From the NCBI GenBank assembly GCA_029858205.1, contig JAOUFM010000003.1, positions 210,936 to 274,935 of the forward strand: a stretch of DNA of 64,000 nucleotides. The letters run 5' to 3'. The notes under the pieces are model-generated. The model was not told where the DNA came from, made no database searches, and saw only the letters and a list, made by a program, of their open reading frames with translations. The DNA is from Deltaproteobacteria bacterium (GTDB taxonomy: Bacteria; Desulfobacterota; GWC2-55-46; DRQE01). Below are positions 1-9,920 of the stretch, one piece after another. Position 1 is the stretch's first letter, and each line of letters begins with the position of its first letter. Position numbers and translations under genes: made by a program.

Positions 1-470
1 CGCCTCATACCTTCAGAAAACTCCAAATCATTGCACCAAACATCACAGCCAAACTCTTCATGCACTATCGCCGGGAACGGCGAGCCGGCATTCGCTATAT
101 CCATAACGCGGCTCGTTTTATATAATTTCATAAAATCCGTGGAAATGTAATGTTCGAGGCTTTTTTCAACAAAACCATCCCCATATATGCCCCTGTACGA
201 GGCATAATTGCTTTCGTGCCGCGTTATAAACCTCGCAAAGGCATCGACATCAACGCTATAGTCCACCGGAGGCAAACCAAACTTGACAAACTGCTCATGC
301 ACAGATTCAATATCGCTGGCAAGATCCCCGTCTATGGCTTGCTTTCCGGATTCCATAAAAATTTTGTAATTTTTCCTGGCGGCGACATAGTTACGGGCCT
401 TTTTCAGAAAAAACACCAGGGCCCTTTTAAACTTTCCCCACAAACCGTTCTTATCAGCACGCGTGGTCAC
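1..470 (-). CDS. Hypothetical protein, 3'-truncated at the window edge (possible methyltransferase-like enzyme). The long minus-strand ORF from a GTG near 470 runs off the window start; it is not in the ORF track.
   Basis: My translation of the reverse strand gives a continuous frame '...VTTRADKNGLWGKFKRALVFFLKKARNYVAARKNYKIFMESGKQAIDGD...MKLYKTSRVMDIANAGSPFPAIVHEEFGCDVWCNDLEFSEGMR' with no stop through coordinate 1. Its codon usage looks like protein. The start codon is uncertain. Confidence 0.35.
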   Translation of the reverse strand, partial: MTTRADKNGLWGKFKRALVFFLKKARNYVAARKNYKIFMESGKQAIDGDLASDIESVHEQFVKFGLPPVDYSVDVDAFARFITRHESNYASYRGIYGDGFVEKSLEHYISTDFMKLYKTSRVMDIANAGSPFPAIVHEEFGCDVWCNDLEFSEGMR

Positions 471-569
471 GATATCATCCGCTCTCCAGAATCAAGAAAC
501 CCTTTTCGAAAACACCCTGTCACCGCAAACCTGACACAAATCATACGCATCACAAGCCCTTTTACAACC

Positions 570-1847
570 TTATTCAAACCCGAGCCTTTCCAGAACCATC
601 ATCGCTTCTTCCCTGGCCCTGCCGATAGCATAATTATCATTCACCAACTTGTAACACTCTGCGCCTATGGCTGCGGCCTTAGCTTTATCAGTCAATAGTT
701 CGATTGTAGCTGCCGCAAACTCCTCGGGCGTATCGGCAATCAGGATATCCTTGCCGTGCGTAACATTTAACCCTTCCGCCCCGAGCGTCGTTGAAACCAC
801 CGGCACCTTACAGGCCCCGGCCTCCAGAATCTTAAACCTTGTTCCGGATTCGAATTTCAGCGGCACAAGCGCGATATCGACGTTACACAAGTACGGCAGC
901 ACCGATTCTACACGTCCGGCAATCGTTATTCTTTCATCTTTAACATCAGCCAACGTCTCGCAAGAACCGTTGCCAAGAATATAAAAACGCACTTGCGGGA
1001 TATCTTTCCAAACCAGCGGCATAACTTTTTCTATAGTCCAACGCGCGGCCTCTTCCATCGGACTGTTTTTCCCAAAACTGCCCGCCAAGTATACAGACGG
1101 CCTTTGTATACCGGGATTTTCATGACGTCCCGTATAATTAGCCATGTCTATGACATTCGAAAAAAGCATTACTTTATCTTTTCGCTCGGTAAGACCCTGA
1201 TAATACTCTTTATCCACATCAGAGACCGCAGTTGTAATATCGGCCAGGTTGGTCCACTCCGCTTCTTCCTTCTCCTTCGCCCTGCCTGCAGTCTCGGTTT
1301 TTTCTCTCACGTCCTTATCCACATGATACGCCAGGCCCCTTAAAAGAAATCTGGACCACACGCTATCCGTATCCACAACGACCCTGTACGCCGAATTTTC
1401 CTTTATATACTTCATCAAAGGATACGATATGTTCCCAAACCCAAGCCAGATAACATCGGCCTGCACGGAATCGGCCGTACGCAGCAAATCGTCAAAATCC
1501 ATCTTGCTTTCGTAATGCTGCAAAATATTTTTTCCCAATGCCTTGCGCCCAACAATATTTATCCCTCCAACAACTGTTCTGTGCAATTTGTGCCTCTTGC
1601 ATGACGGAGCCATAAAAAACTTTTTACATAATTTTTCATAATATTCCACAGCCCTGTCCCCGCCCATGTTTTCAGGCGTGACCCTTGAATAAAGATACAG
1701 CTCCGAAATGGCATTAAGCGCCTTTACGGAGTTCTCTATCCTCAGATACGGCCCTCCGGTTGCTGGATACCTCAACTCCTGGGTCGTAAAAAGTATTGCC
1801 GGGTTTTTTTTATTCATTATACGCCTGCCCTTATCGCGACCATACAC
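570..1847 (-). CDS. Glycosyltransferase family 1 (GT4-like retaining glycosyltransferase)
   Basis: C-terminal GT1 signature 'GTRFKILEAGACKVPVVSTTLGAEGLNV...ADTPEEFA' (E-X7-E region), 425 aa; it sits in a polysaccharide cluster. Confidence 0.75.
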   Translation of the reverse strand: MYGRDKGRRIMNKKNPAILFTTQELRYPATGGPYLRIENSVKALNAISELYLYSRVTPENMGGDRAVEYYEKLCKKFFMAPSCKRHKLHRTVVGGINIVGRKALGKNILQHYESKMDFDDLLRTADSVQADVIWLGFGNISYPLMKYIKENSAYRVVVDTDSVWSRFLLRGLAYHVDKDVREKTETAGRAKEKEEAEWTNLADITTAVSDVDKEYYQGLTERKDKVMLFSNVIDMANYTGRHENPGIQRPSVYLAGSFGKNSPMEEAARWTIEKVMPLVWKDIPQVRFYILGNGSCETLADVKDERITIAGRVESVLPYLCNVDIALVPLKFESGTRFKILEAGACKVPVVSTTLGAEGLNVTHGKDILIADTPEEFAAATIELLTDKAKAAAIGAECYKLVNDNYAIGRAREEAMMVLERLGFE

Positions 1848-1864
1848 CGTATACTTCGGATCAT

Positions 1865-2821
1865 TTAATACGCAAACAGCAAATAGGGGCGCGGCGGCTC
1901 AAAATAAGCGTACATGCCCCTGAACTCAATATGATAATCGCTTCTGAAAGAGCGTATTATGCGCGCGCACTCCCTGGCGTTCATATAATCGTGGTATATC
2001 GCGACGGCAAGTTTCGGCTTTAGCGATTCGATGGTATTTCGCGCTCCACGCAAGGCTTCCATTTCGTATCCTTCGATATCTATCTTTACTATACCCGGGC
2101 CTTCGACACCGTATTCCCTGACAAGATTATCTATCGTTGTAAGTTCCACCTTCTGCCAGGCATCTTTCGGCGAAGCCTCGGCGACATATGAACTGCAGTT
2201 GCTAACGGCATCTTGATTTATATAACAATGGCCCATACGGCTGCCAAGCGCTTTGGCGACCACTTTATACTTGGATTCCCTTGCCGCTTTCCCGAGGGTC
2301 AATCCCAGGGCCTCTTCCATGGCGGGAAACGGTTCAACAGCTATAAGCATCCCCGCAAAGTTCTTTCTTAAGGCAAAAAGAGAGTAGAATCCTTCGAACG
2401 CGCCGGCATCCATGACCCAGCAAGCAGCAGTCAAATCAAACTGCGGATGGTCGTAAGACGAGGGGTTTTCCCTCCAATCATCAAAGACCTCGTGGTATAG
2501 CCAGGGCAGGTCTCCGGTAGGAATGTTTTTCGGCCAATAAAATTCGATATCGCCAACTCCCAGCAAAAAATGGTTGTCGTCAGCGCCTACGACATTGACC
2601 GGCGGCAGCAGTGCCGCACGCTCCGAAACATAGAGGGCGACATCCTCTCCTGTAAAATCATAGCGCTCGGGCCTGAAATCCTTATACCGGCGCAGGGCCA
2701 GTTCGGCTTCCCATCTGCCACGACAACGTCTATACAGCCTCTGGAGGCCGTTTTTAATCTGCATACTTTTCCCAATCAAGGACATAATCAACGCTGCGCT
2801 TGTTTTCGGCCCATCTGGCAA
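1865..2821 (-). CDS. FkbM-family SAM-dependent methyltransferase
   Basis: Hallmark FkbM motif 'VKIDIEGYEMEALRGA'. It is paralogous to 6265..7065 and 15173..15874. Confidence 0.75.
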   Translation of the reverse strand: MPDGPKTSAALIMSLIGKSMQIKNGLQRLYRRCRGRWEAELALRRYKDFRPERYDFTGEDVALYVSERAALLPPVNVVGADDNHFLLGVGDIEFYWPKNIPTGDLPWLYHEVFDDWRENPSSYDHPQFDLTAACWVMDAGAFEGFYSLFALRKNFAGMLIAVEPFPAMEEALGLTLGKAARESKYKVVAKALGSRMGHCYINQDAVSNCSSYVAEASPKDAWQKVELTTIDNLVREYGVEGPGIVKIDIEGYEMEALRGARNTIESLKPKLAVAIYHDYMNARECARIIRSFRSDYHIEFRGMYAYFEPPRPYLLFAY

Positions 2822-4460
2822 AGCTTTCTATTTCTGGAGGGTACTCCTCGGCGCCAAGCCGTATCGGCCCCTCCGGCATGCAACAGAGCGAACCGAAAAG
2901 CCGAACCTCCTTGAAACCGCGCCGTATTACCGGTTTAAGCATGCTCAACCTGATCGGTTTCAAGGCAAAAATGGCGTAATAATAATACAGCGCCAACCTG
3001 ATCTTTTCTTCAGTCATCGGCGGGATGTTATGCAGGTTCCTCAAAAGGTCTCTATACTCCTGTCTGCTTTGCGGATCGATTGTAAACCCCAGGCCCGCGT
3101 ACCGTCCGCTTGCCGCGGTTATGACATTATTGCCAAAACACGGCAGCTCCATGCCAATACTGCCCCTGACGGTAATGCCGAAGTCGGAATGTCTGATCCA
3201 CGAAAGCGGGTTAACGGGCGTGGAGGGATAAATCAGCTTCACGTGATCCGGCAGATCGCCAAACGCCTCCATCACTATCCGTGCCTCCTCATATTCGGCT
3301 TTGTCGCGGTATTCCCCGCGCCAGGCATTCGACGGGTGCAGCTTAAGCAGCCAGTTCACGTGCTTGTTCTCGATAGCCACGCCAACGGTATCTACCAGCC
3401 ACTCCGCATAATTCGTATAAAGCTCCTTCTCGAAGAAATACAGTGTGTCGTAGAGAATGTGGCTAAATATCGTCGCAATGCGTTTTTGCGGCGAAAGACC
3501 GTACTTTTCCACCAGATGTTGCCTGCTTGCAAGTTCCGTATTCCGAAAATTGCGCTTTGACAAGTGCCATTTATCGGAATATCTCTCGGCAAAATTAGTT
3601 TCGACAAACTCCCTGACCGCTTCTATTTTTATGTCTTTATCGTTTACGATTCTCTCGAACGTTTCGCTCGTGACGGTATTGTGATGCATGCCGTCGTTTG
3701 CCTTATTTCTTCTCTGTATAAGAACTCTGTCGTCGATGACCGACAAATTCGTCTTTAGCACGTCCACGCCCTTATTGAGCATATAATAATAAAAAATGCC
3801 ATGCTCGTCATGAAAGGCTTCGGAGGTTATGTACACATCGGGTATTTCCAGAAAATCTTGCGCATGATGGGCAAATTTCAGGTTTTGGCAAAGCAGCCTC
3901 CTTATGCCTTCTTTCTCAGCAGCGGAAGCGTAGTCGATATTTCCGCGCAGTTGATACCGTGAATACCCCGATAACGTTATCTTACCTACCGGAAGCCCTT
4001 TATAAGTGAATTCCAGCAACTCCTTCATGTCGCAAGAACCGAGAAGTTCATCCACCTTCTGCAACAATTCTGGCGGCAAATCCTTCTTGTCAAAAAAATC
4101 GTCGATAAACCAAAAATTCCTGCAGCCAAACAGCCTGTAATATTTATTTTGGATAACCGATGTTTTCCTCGTCAACACTATAGGACGGTAACCGTTCCTC
4201 AAAAGCGGTTGAATCAGAACGGACCACCTTGTTGCCCATATAATCTCGTGATCGTTTCCGTCGATCATTACCGTTTTTTGCGGCTCTTGGCAGGCCCCGG
4301 CATCCGCAGTACTCGTGCCGCGCACCAGTTTCGAAAACTCACGAAACTGTATCTCGTCGAATATCCGCTGCCTGCCTCTCCCAAATAGATGCAAAAGATG
4401 CGCTACGGCCATTGCTCCCTTACCTTTTCCCTTGGTCGTCATAAAAGCCGCACACGGCAT
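2754..4460 (-). CDS. Capsule-polysaccharide-biosynthesis-type transferase (Capsule_synth/KpsS-KpsC-like family); candidate Kdo or nonulosonic-acid transferase
   Basis: 568-aa cytoplasmic protein with a conserved C-terminal block 'KLHPSNAWRGEY...IYPSTPVNPLSWIRHSDFGITVRGSIGMELPCFGNNVI' that recalls capsule biosynthesis (KpsS/LpsZ-type) proteins. It lies immediately downstream of the CMP-sugar synthetase gene. Confidence 0.4.
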   Translation of the reverse strand: MPCAAFMTTKGKGKGAMAVAHLLHLFGRGRQRIFDEIQFREFSKLVRGTSTADAGACQEPQKTVMIDGNDHEIIWATRWSVLIQPLLRNGYRPIVLTRKTSVIQNKYYRLFGCRNFWFIDDFFDKKDLPPELLQKVDELLGSCDMKELLEFTYKGLPVGKITLSGYSRYQLRGNIDYASAAEKEGIRRLLCQNLKFAHHAQDFLEIPDVYITSEAFHDEHGIFYYYMLNKGVDVLKTNLSVIDDRVLIQRRNKANDGMHHNTVTSETFERIVNDKDIKIEAVREFVETNFAERYSDKWHLSKRNFRNTELASRQHLVEKYGLSPQKRIATIFSHILYDTLYFFEKELYTNYAEWLVDTVGVAIENKHVNWLLKLHPSNAWRGEYRDKAEYEEARIVMEAFGDLPDHVKLIYPSTPVNPLSWIRHSDFGITVRGSIGMELPCFGNNVITAASGRYAGLGFTIDPQSRQEYRDLLRNLHNIPPMTEEKIRLALYYYYAIFALKPIRLSMLKPVIRRGFKEVRLFGSLCCMPEGPIRLGAEEYPPEIESFARWAENKRSVDYVLDWEKYAD

Positions 4461-4469
4461 CCGGTGGCG

Positions 4470-5189
4470 TCACGTAGCATATTCCTCTATCCTCACAATT
4501 CCTTTTGTCACAAGCGCTTCGATTAAATACAAATCCATCATGCCATCCAAGTTAACGCTTCTCTCCTTTGGCATGACAAAAGGAAGCGTATGCTCAGGCA
4601 TGAAAGTACGTTCCCTGAGAAGAACGCCTGTATGGGTAATATAAAAGGCCCCGTTCAGGGCGTAAACCTCGGGCAAAGACTGCCTCGCAACCAGGGATTC
4701 CTTTCCGAGATAAGACTTAAGATACCCGCCATCTATCTTCTGTATCTTGTCCGGATGCGGGGAGTCGTGCCTCACGACACTTGCAACGGCATCGGCTTTA
4801 CCGGTATTCTTTTCAAGAAGACCGCAGACCCCCTCCGCGTCGGCAAGGGTTCTAAGCGGGGACGTTGTCTGAAGAAGAAATATATACGCGTCATTTATAC
4901 TCATCTCTTCCATCACATGCAACACAACATCGACGGTTCTTGCCGTATCCGTAGCGAGATGCGCTGGCCTAGGCGCCGGCATATTAACCCCGTATTTCTT
5001 CGCCAACTCATGCATTTCTGCATCATCTGTCGACACAACCACACTGTCCACATACCTGCATGCCTTCGCAAGCTTTATTGTTCTTTCAAGTAACGTATCA
5101 TTTCCAAGGCGGTACAGGTTCTTTCGCGGGATCCCTTTGCTTCCCCCGCGAGCAGGAATAAGAGCATACACTGTTTTACCGTTTAACAT
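4470..5189 (-). CDS. neuA: Acylneuraminate cytidylyltransferase (CMP-nonulosonic acid synthetase, NeuA family)
   Basis: N-terminal 'ALIPARGGSKGIPRKNL' cytidylyltransferase motif, about 239 aa; neuB and neuC are in the same cluster. Confidence 0.75.
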   Translation of the reverse strand: MLNGKTVYALIPARGGSKGIPRKNLYRLGNDTLLERTIKLAKACRYVDSVVVSTDDAEMHELAKKYGVNMPAPRPAHLATDTARTVDVVLHVMEEMSINDAYIFLLQTTSPLRTLADAEGVCGLLEKNTGKADAVASVVRHDSPHPDKIQKIDGGYLKSYLGKESLVARQSLPEVYALNGAFYITHTGVLLRERTFMPEHTLPFVMPKERSVNLDGMMDLYLIEALVTKGIVRIEEYAT

Positions 5190-6249
5190 TTTTAAATATC
5201 CCTATCATCCTGCTGCCGAGATTATGCCTGTATATATACTCCGGCGTTACAAAATCGAACAATCCGTCAGGGTCTCCATGGCCATGGTACGGGTACTCGC
5301 CTGACATATAGCTCTTTATGTTGTCTATTTCGGTAATTACCGTTTCAAACCGTACGCAATCAAATCCGTGGATTGCCATCAGATGTTTCAAGCTCTTCGG
5401 CGAAAAATGAGACAGATGCTTCCACGCAAACACGGGCGACATCTCCCGCATGAGCCTTGTTGCCAGCGATTCGACATTTGGAACAAGTATGAACAACAAC
5501 CCGCCGTCTTTCAAAAGCCCCTTAACCGCCCTGATTATATTGTGAACATCATAAAGATGTTCGAGCACACTCCACATGGCCACGCAATCATACCCCGAAC
5601 CGAGCCTCGAGGCGTCAAGGGCCTCGAATGTGGAATTTATGAACTGGACCCCTTTTGCATCGGCGTAGATATCGGCATACCTCTCGTTTACATCGACCCC
5701 CACGCAGCTCTTCCAGCCCCTTTCAAACGCAACCTCCAGAAACACTCCAGCGCCGCAACCTATGTCCATTATTTTTTCAATTGACGGAGGATCGAGCTGT
5801 TCTATAAGCTCAAGCCCGTAACTATATTTTATCCTGTCTATTTCCTTTTGAAGCGGTTGGGTATAGATGTCGGAGGCCGTTTTATCGTCGGCATATATCT
5901 TCATGGCCTCGTCAAACTTTACGCGCGGGTTCAAATACCTGTGCGTGCAATCGCAGCACCTATAGATATCGAGGGCAAAGCGCGTAAGAAATTTTTCCCT
6001 GTCCTTCGACGAACACGCCGGGCACGTATCCACATCTTCCCACACCCCACTGATACACTGATAGCGTTCGGCCCCGGTATCTACAACCACCTTCGCATGT
6101 TCTCTTATCAAATATCCGCTCGAAGGCCGCCCTTGCCCTGAACGGTTAGTCTCGGCATGGAACTTCTTAGCGCCAAACCGCAGATTACCATCGAACTCAT
6201 TCTTGGCCTTTACACATTCCTCGAAATTCTTAATATCGATTTTCTTCAT
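5176..6249 (-). CDS. Class I SAM-dependent methyltransferase with an N-terminal Cys4 zinc-ribbon
   Basis: Motif I 'DIGCGAGVFLE'; N-terminal 'CPAC...CCDC'; 357 aa. Confidence 0.65.
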   Translation of the reverse strand: MKKIDIKNFEECVKAKNEFDGNLRFGAKKFHAETNRSGQGRPSSGYLIREHAKVVVDTGAERYQCISGVWEDVDTCPACSSKDREKFLTRFALDIYRCCDCTHRYLNPRVKFDEAMKIYADDKTASDIYTQPLQKEIDRIKYSYGLELIEQLDPPSIEKIMDIGCGAGVFLEVAFERGWKSCVGVDVNERYADIYADAKGVQFINSTFEALDASRLGSGYDCVAMWSVLEHLYDVHNIIRAVKGLLKDGGLLFILVPNVESLATRLMREMSPVFAWKHLSHFSPKSLKHLMAIHGFDCVRFETVITEIDNIKSYMSGEYPYHGHGDPDGLFDFVTPEYIYRHNLGSRMIGIFKNVKR

Positions 6250-6264
6250 ACCACCCTTTTGTTT

Positions 6265-7065
6265 TTAAATCGGCACGGCAAAAAGATGCACCCGCCTGTC
6301 TATCTCCGTCTTGCCATCATAGACTACCGGCTCCTCATTATCCGCCCATTGAATCCAAACCTTATATTCGGTTATATCGATAAAATCGAGAAGATCCTTT
6401 ATCTTTGCATTATAATTCTGTAAGGCATCGGTATGCACTTCTATTACAAGTTTTGGTTTCCGCTTTAGGATTTCACCGGCCCCGCGCAGCACCTCAACCT
6501 CATACCCCTCCACGTCCACCTTCAATACGGTAGGCTTACAATCCAGATAATCGTCCAGACGCACAGAATCGACCACCAAACCCGTCCCGAAAGCGCTTTT
6601 CATAACAAAAGAATTGGACGTATTCCCGATCCGAAGCCGTCCCGTGACCACACCAACCGCCTTCTCCTCGACAAGTACATTTTTCAGACGATTAATTTCC
6701 ATATTTTTGCGCAAAATACGCGCGTTATTCGGCAACGCTTCGAAGGTAACCACCTTGCCGCTCTCCCCGACCCAGTTCGACAACAATATAGTTGTGCATC
6801 CATGATGCCCACCACATTCAAGAACAACATCTCCCTTGCCAACGATATTATCCCGCACGAACCTCATTTCAATCCAGTCAGGATCGGTACAACCAACATC
6901 GTACCATTCTCGGCCGGACGTATCTCCTATCAGAAAATCAAAAGTAACGCCCTCGATAGTTTTTCTCTTGATGTATGGCCTGAAAAACAAAGCGCGCAAT
7001 TCGCCGATTTTAGATAACATGCCCCAACACAGGCTTCTGAACCAATACAGAAGACTTTTTTTCAT
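6265..7065 (-). CDS. FkbM-family methyltransferase
   Basis: 'VLKVDVEGYEVEVLRGA' FkbM motif. Confidence 0.75.
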   Translation of the reverse strand: MKKSLLYWFRSLCWGMLSKIGELRALFFRPYIKRKTIEGVTFDFLIGDTSGREWYDVGCTDPDWIEMRFVRDNIVGKGDVVLECGGHHGCTTILLSNWVGESGKVVTFEALPNNARILRKNMEINRLKNVLVEEKAVGVVTGRLRIGNTSNSFVMKSAFGTGLVVDSVRLDDYLDCKPTVLKVDVEGYEVEVLRGAGEILKRKPKLVIEVHTDALQNYNAKIKDLLDFIDITEYKVWIQWADNEEPVVYDGKTEIDRRVHLFAVPI

Positions 7066-7080
7066 CTATACAATTCTCCT

Positions 7081-7802
7081 TTACTTTATAGCAAGGAACC
7101 CCTCGAAACAAACATATTTAAAAACCGTAATTACATCCACAAATCCGGCGCGCTTTAGCAAGTCGGCATTTCCCTGCGACGAAAACGGCTCCAGAACACC
7201 CTTTAAACTGCGCGCCTTGGACACTATTTCTTCGGCCGTATATCCCTGTCTGAGTTTATATTCATTATACAATCCGGTCATGATATCCTGAAACCGAGCA
7301 TCATTGGCTCTGACCTTTTCAAACAGAATAAAGGCCCCTCCCCAATTGAGGTTTTCATATATGCGGTTAAATATGTCCTGCCTTACGCGCGGCTTTACAA
7401 ACTGCAGTGTGTAGTAGGCCGTAAAGACATCGGCCTTCTCATAGTTATACTGGAATATATCGGCGGCCTCGAACTCGACATTTACAGCACTTGATTGTTT
7501 CTTCTTTTCCAGAGCCATCTTTATCATATCCGGCTCGATATCTATGCCTACGAACCTGGCCTCGGGCTTTGTGCTGTTATGCCGAGCGAGCTTCAGCGTC
7601 AACTCACCTGTCGATGTCCCGAGTTCATAGCATAAAGAATTTTTCCCGACAAAAAAATCGCTCAAATTACAGATCAACTCGTGCCCTTCGTTATAAAAGG
7701 GAACCGACCGCGAAACATGCTCATCGAAATTCTTGGCCACATCTCCTTTGAAGTTCCAGTTCGCATTGGCAGCCGTAAGACCGTCTCCGACACCGGACAT
7801 AT
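7081..7802 (-). CDS. CmoA-like class I SAM-dependent methyltransferase / carboxy-SAM-synthase-like enzyme. Start re-assigned to the ATG at 7802 behind a GAGAGGAGAGA Shine-Dalgarno; the 88-codon upstream extension in the ORF track is Arg-rich junk.
   Basis: 'NFDEHVSRSVPFYNEGHELI...CYELGTSTGELTLKL...GIDIEPDMIKMA...TLQFV' is colinear with E. coli CmoA ('[24 protein letters not shown]...'). Confidence 0.6.
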
Positions 7803-7906
7803 TATCTCTCCTCTCTGTCTTCTTTGATATTACACGCTCGCGCAACGGACCACAACAGCGCATTGTCTGCCGCCCTCGCGGTACAAAAACCCTTGCAACA
7901 TGTTTT

Positions 7907-8689
7907 TCACTTAAAGAAATCCGAGCCCAGAATATTATATTTGCCGAGCCTTTCCTCCTGCAATTCAAAGGTTGTAATATCGCCCTTTTTGTCCCAGATA
8001 ATTTCGTACTTTCTGGTAAAATTTCTCTCGAGAAACCGCGCGTTGTTCGTTCTGCCGTCAATTATTATAAAAGTGCCTGGCAGAAAAGTCGGCTCCATCA
8101 ACAGCAAGTCCGCAGACATGACAGTACGCTCATCGCACTGAAAACTCAATCCGTTTACCTGCCCCTGCACGTCCTTGGGCGTCGGTCCGTCTAGATAAAT
8201 AAAATCAGGCACTACATCGGGCAAATTTTTATAATAATGGCAAATTTGCCCGATGTGCGTTCCTATCACAACATCGCTTTGCTGCACATGAACCCTGTCG
8301 CGCAGGTCCTCCGGAATTTTGCCTTTCGTTTGCTCTATCCAATGCATGGACGCGTCGACCGAAAAGATTTTGAACATAAAACGATTTCGTACCTCGGGTT
8401 TGTCCGGCAAGGCATTCCATTCTATTTCGTTCTTCCTTAATGCATCGGCCATAACCATTGTCGAATATCCTATCCCGAACTCCAGCACAGTGAAACACTT
8501 GCGGCTCCTGACAAGTTTATGTAACCGGACCAGGTCCGCAACCTGTAGCGGGAAAGGAAGTATCCTCTTGCCGCTTACGGAATCATAGACATCTCTTTGC
8601 GCGTCGCCGCCCGCCTGGAAATCAATTAATCTATCCAGACCGTTTGCAACGATATATTCATTATCATCCATGTTTTTTCCCAAACTCAT
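7907..8689 (-). CDS. Class I SAM-dependent methyltransferase
   Basis: Motif I 'VLEFGIGYSTMVMA'; 260 aa; good RBS (GAGAGG) before the ATG. Confidence 0.5.
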   Translation of the reverse strand: MSLGKNMDDNEYIVANGLDRLIDFQAGGDAQRDVYDSVSGKRILPFPLQVADLVRLHKLVRSRKCFTVLEFGIGYSTMVMADALRKNEIEWNALPDKPEVRNRFMFKIFSVDASMHWIEQTKGKIPEDLRDRVHVQQSDVVIGTHIGQICHYYKNLPDVVPDFIYLDGPTPKDVQGQVNGLSFQCDERTVMSADLLLMEPTFLPGTFIIIDGRTNNARFLERNFTRKYEIIWDKKGDITTFELQEERLGKYNILGSDFFK

Positions 8690-8744
8690 TATTTGCCTCT
8701 CGATTGCCGTATTTATCTAAGCCAACGGCGCACATCGGCTTGTA

Positions 8745-9893
8745 TCACAAATATGCCAATCTTTTTTGGATATAAAGCACCACCTGTGATAATGCCGCAG
8801 CAATTTTCCCGCTGGCAGTACCGTCACCATACAGACTGCTGGGGGTAAATCCGCCCTTACCAAGCTGCTTTTTCACGGCCTCGAATATCAATGTGCGTTC
8901 AGGAGCAACAGGTAACACATTCTCCGCCACTTCGCGCCCGCCCTGCCTGTCCCCCACCAGCACGACCGGAGTTCCAAGAAAGGACGAATCCCGCACAAAA
9001 CTGCTGCTATTACCGATGGCGCACGAAGCATTTGCAAGCACCTTAAGGTAATTTTCCGGAGTAAAATTTTTTATCAAACGAAGCCACTTTGCCTCGCGTT
9101 GCTCACGAAAAGCGCGAATAACCTTGCTCACATGATCGGAGCCGGCATCAATATTAGGCCACAACCATACCGTCGGCATCTTAATCTCGCCCAATGCCGT
9201 AATAAGTTGCAACGTTTCGTCCTTTTCCATCCCATACTCGGTGGTAACCGGATGGAAAACCACCAGCAGATATTTATCCGTAGCTGCTATTTCCCCGCCA
9301 ACACCGCGCGCAAAGATATCGAACGGCAGCTCTTTATTAAGCTTTAATGCTATATCGCCGCTTGGACATCCGACAAAAAACACGGTTTCTGGCCTTTCAC
9401 CCATACTTTTCAAATGCTCGGCAGCCTTGCGCGTGGACGGGAAATGAAAATGCGCGAGTTTCGTAATGGCATGCCTTGCGCTCTCGTCTATAGATCCGCT
9501 GACCTCTCCCCCCTGTATATGCGCAATGCAAATATTCATATATGACGCGGCCAGAGCGGCGGCTAACGCTTCATACCTGTCGCCGATAATGAGAACAATA
9601 TCCGGACGAAGCCTCTGGAATTCGCTCGCGAATTCTATTACGGCAAAACCGAGCGACTTGGCCATCGTCAACGGCGTAGACCCTTCCAGTTCTATATATA
9701 TTTCACTGCTTACATCAAAACCATCGGTTCTGACAATATTTACGGGAGCTCCAAACCGCTCCAAGACCATCGTTCCGGCACATACAACTTGCAGGGCCAG
9801 ATCATCGTTACGTTTCACGGCCTCCATGACAGGCTTGAGCCTTCCATAATTGGCCCTATCAACCAAGATAACGGCAATTTTACGTTTATTCAT
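8745..9893 (-). CDS. neuC: UDP-N-acetylglucosamine 2-epimerase (hydrolysing), NeuC family
   Basis: 'KIAVILVDRANYGRLKPV...IGDRYEALAAALAASYMNICIAHIQGGEVSGSIDE' is typical of NeuC/SiaA. Confidence 0.8.
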   Translation of the reverse strand: MNKRKIAVILVDRANYGRLKPVMEAVKRNDDLALQVVCAGTMVLERFGAPVNIVRTDGFDVSSEIYIELEGSTPLTMAKSLGFAVIEFASEFQRLRPDIVLIIGDRYEALAAALAASYMNICIAHIQGGEVSGSIDESARHAITKLAHFHFPSTRKAAEHLKSMGERPETVFFVGCPSGDIALKLNKELPFDIFARGVGGEIAATDKYLLVVFHPVTTEYGMEKDETLQLITALGEIKMPTVWLWPNIDAGSDHVSKVIRAFREQREAKWLRLIKNFTPENYLKVLANASCAIGNSSSFVRDSSFLGTPVVLVGDRQGGREVAENVLPVAPERTLIFEAVKKQLGKGGFTPSSLYGDGTASGKIAAALSQVVLYIQKRLAYL

Positions 9894-9920
9894 ATAATAT
9901 CCGGCTCCACCTCGCTACAC

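Noticed and set aside
150-698. 182-aa plus-strand ORF at the window start
   Set aside because: It is antisense to a continuous minus-strand coding frame (1-470) and overlaps the C-terminus of the GT1 gene. The peptide is Pro/Arg/Phe-rich with no recognisable motif, so it is a shadow ORF.
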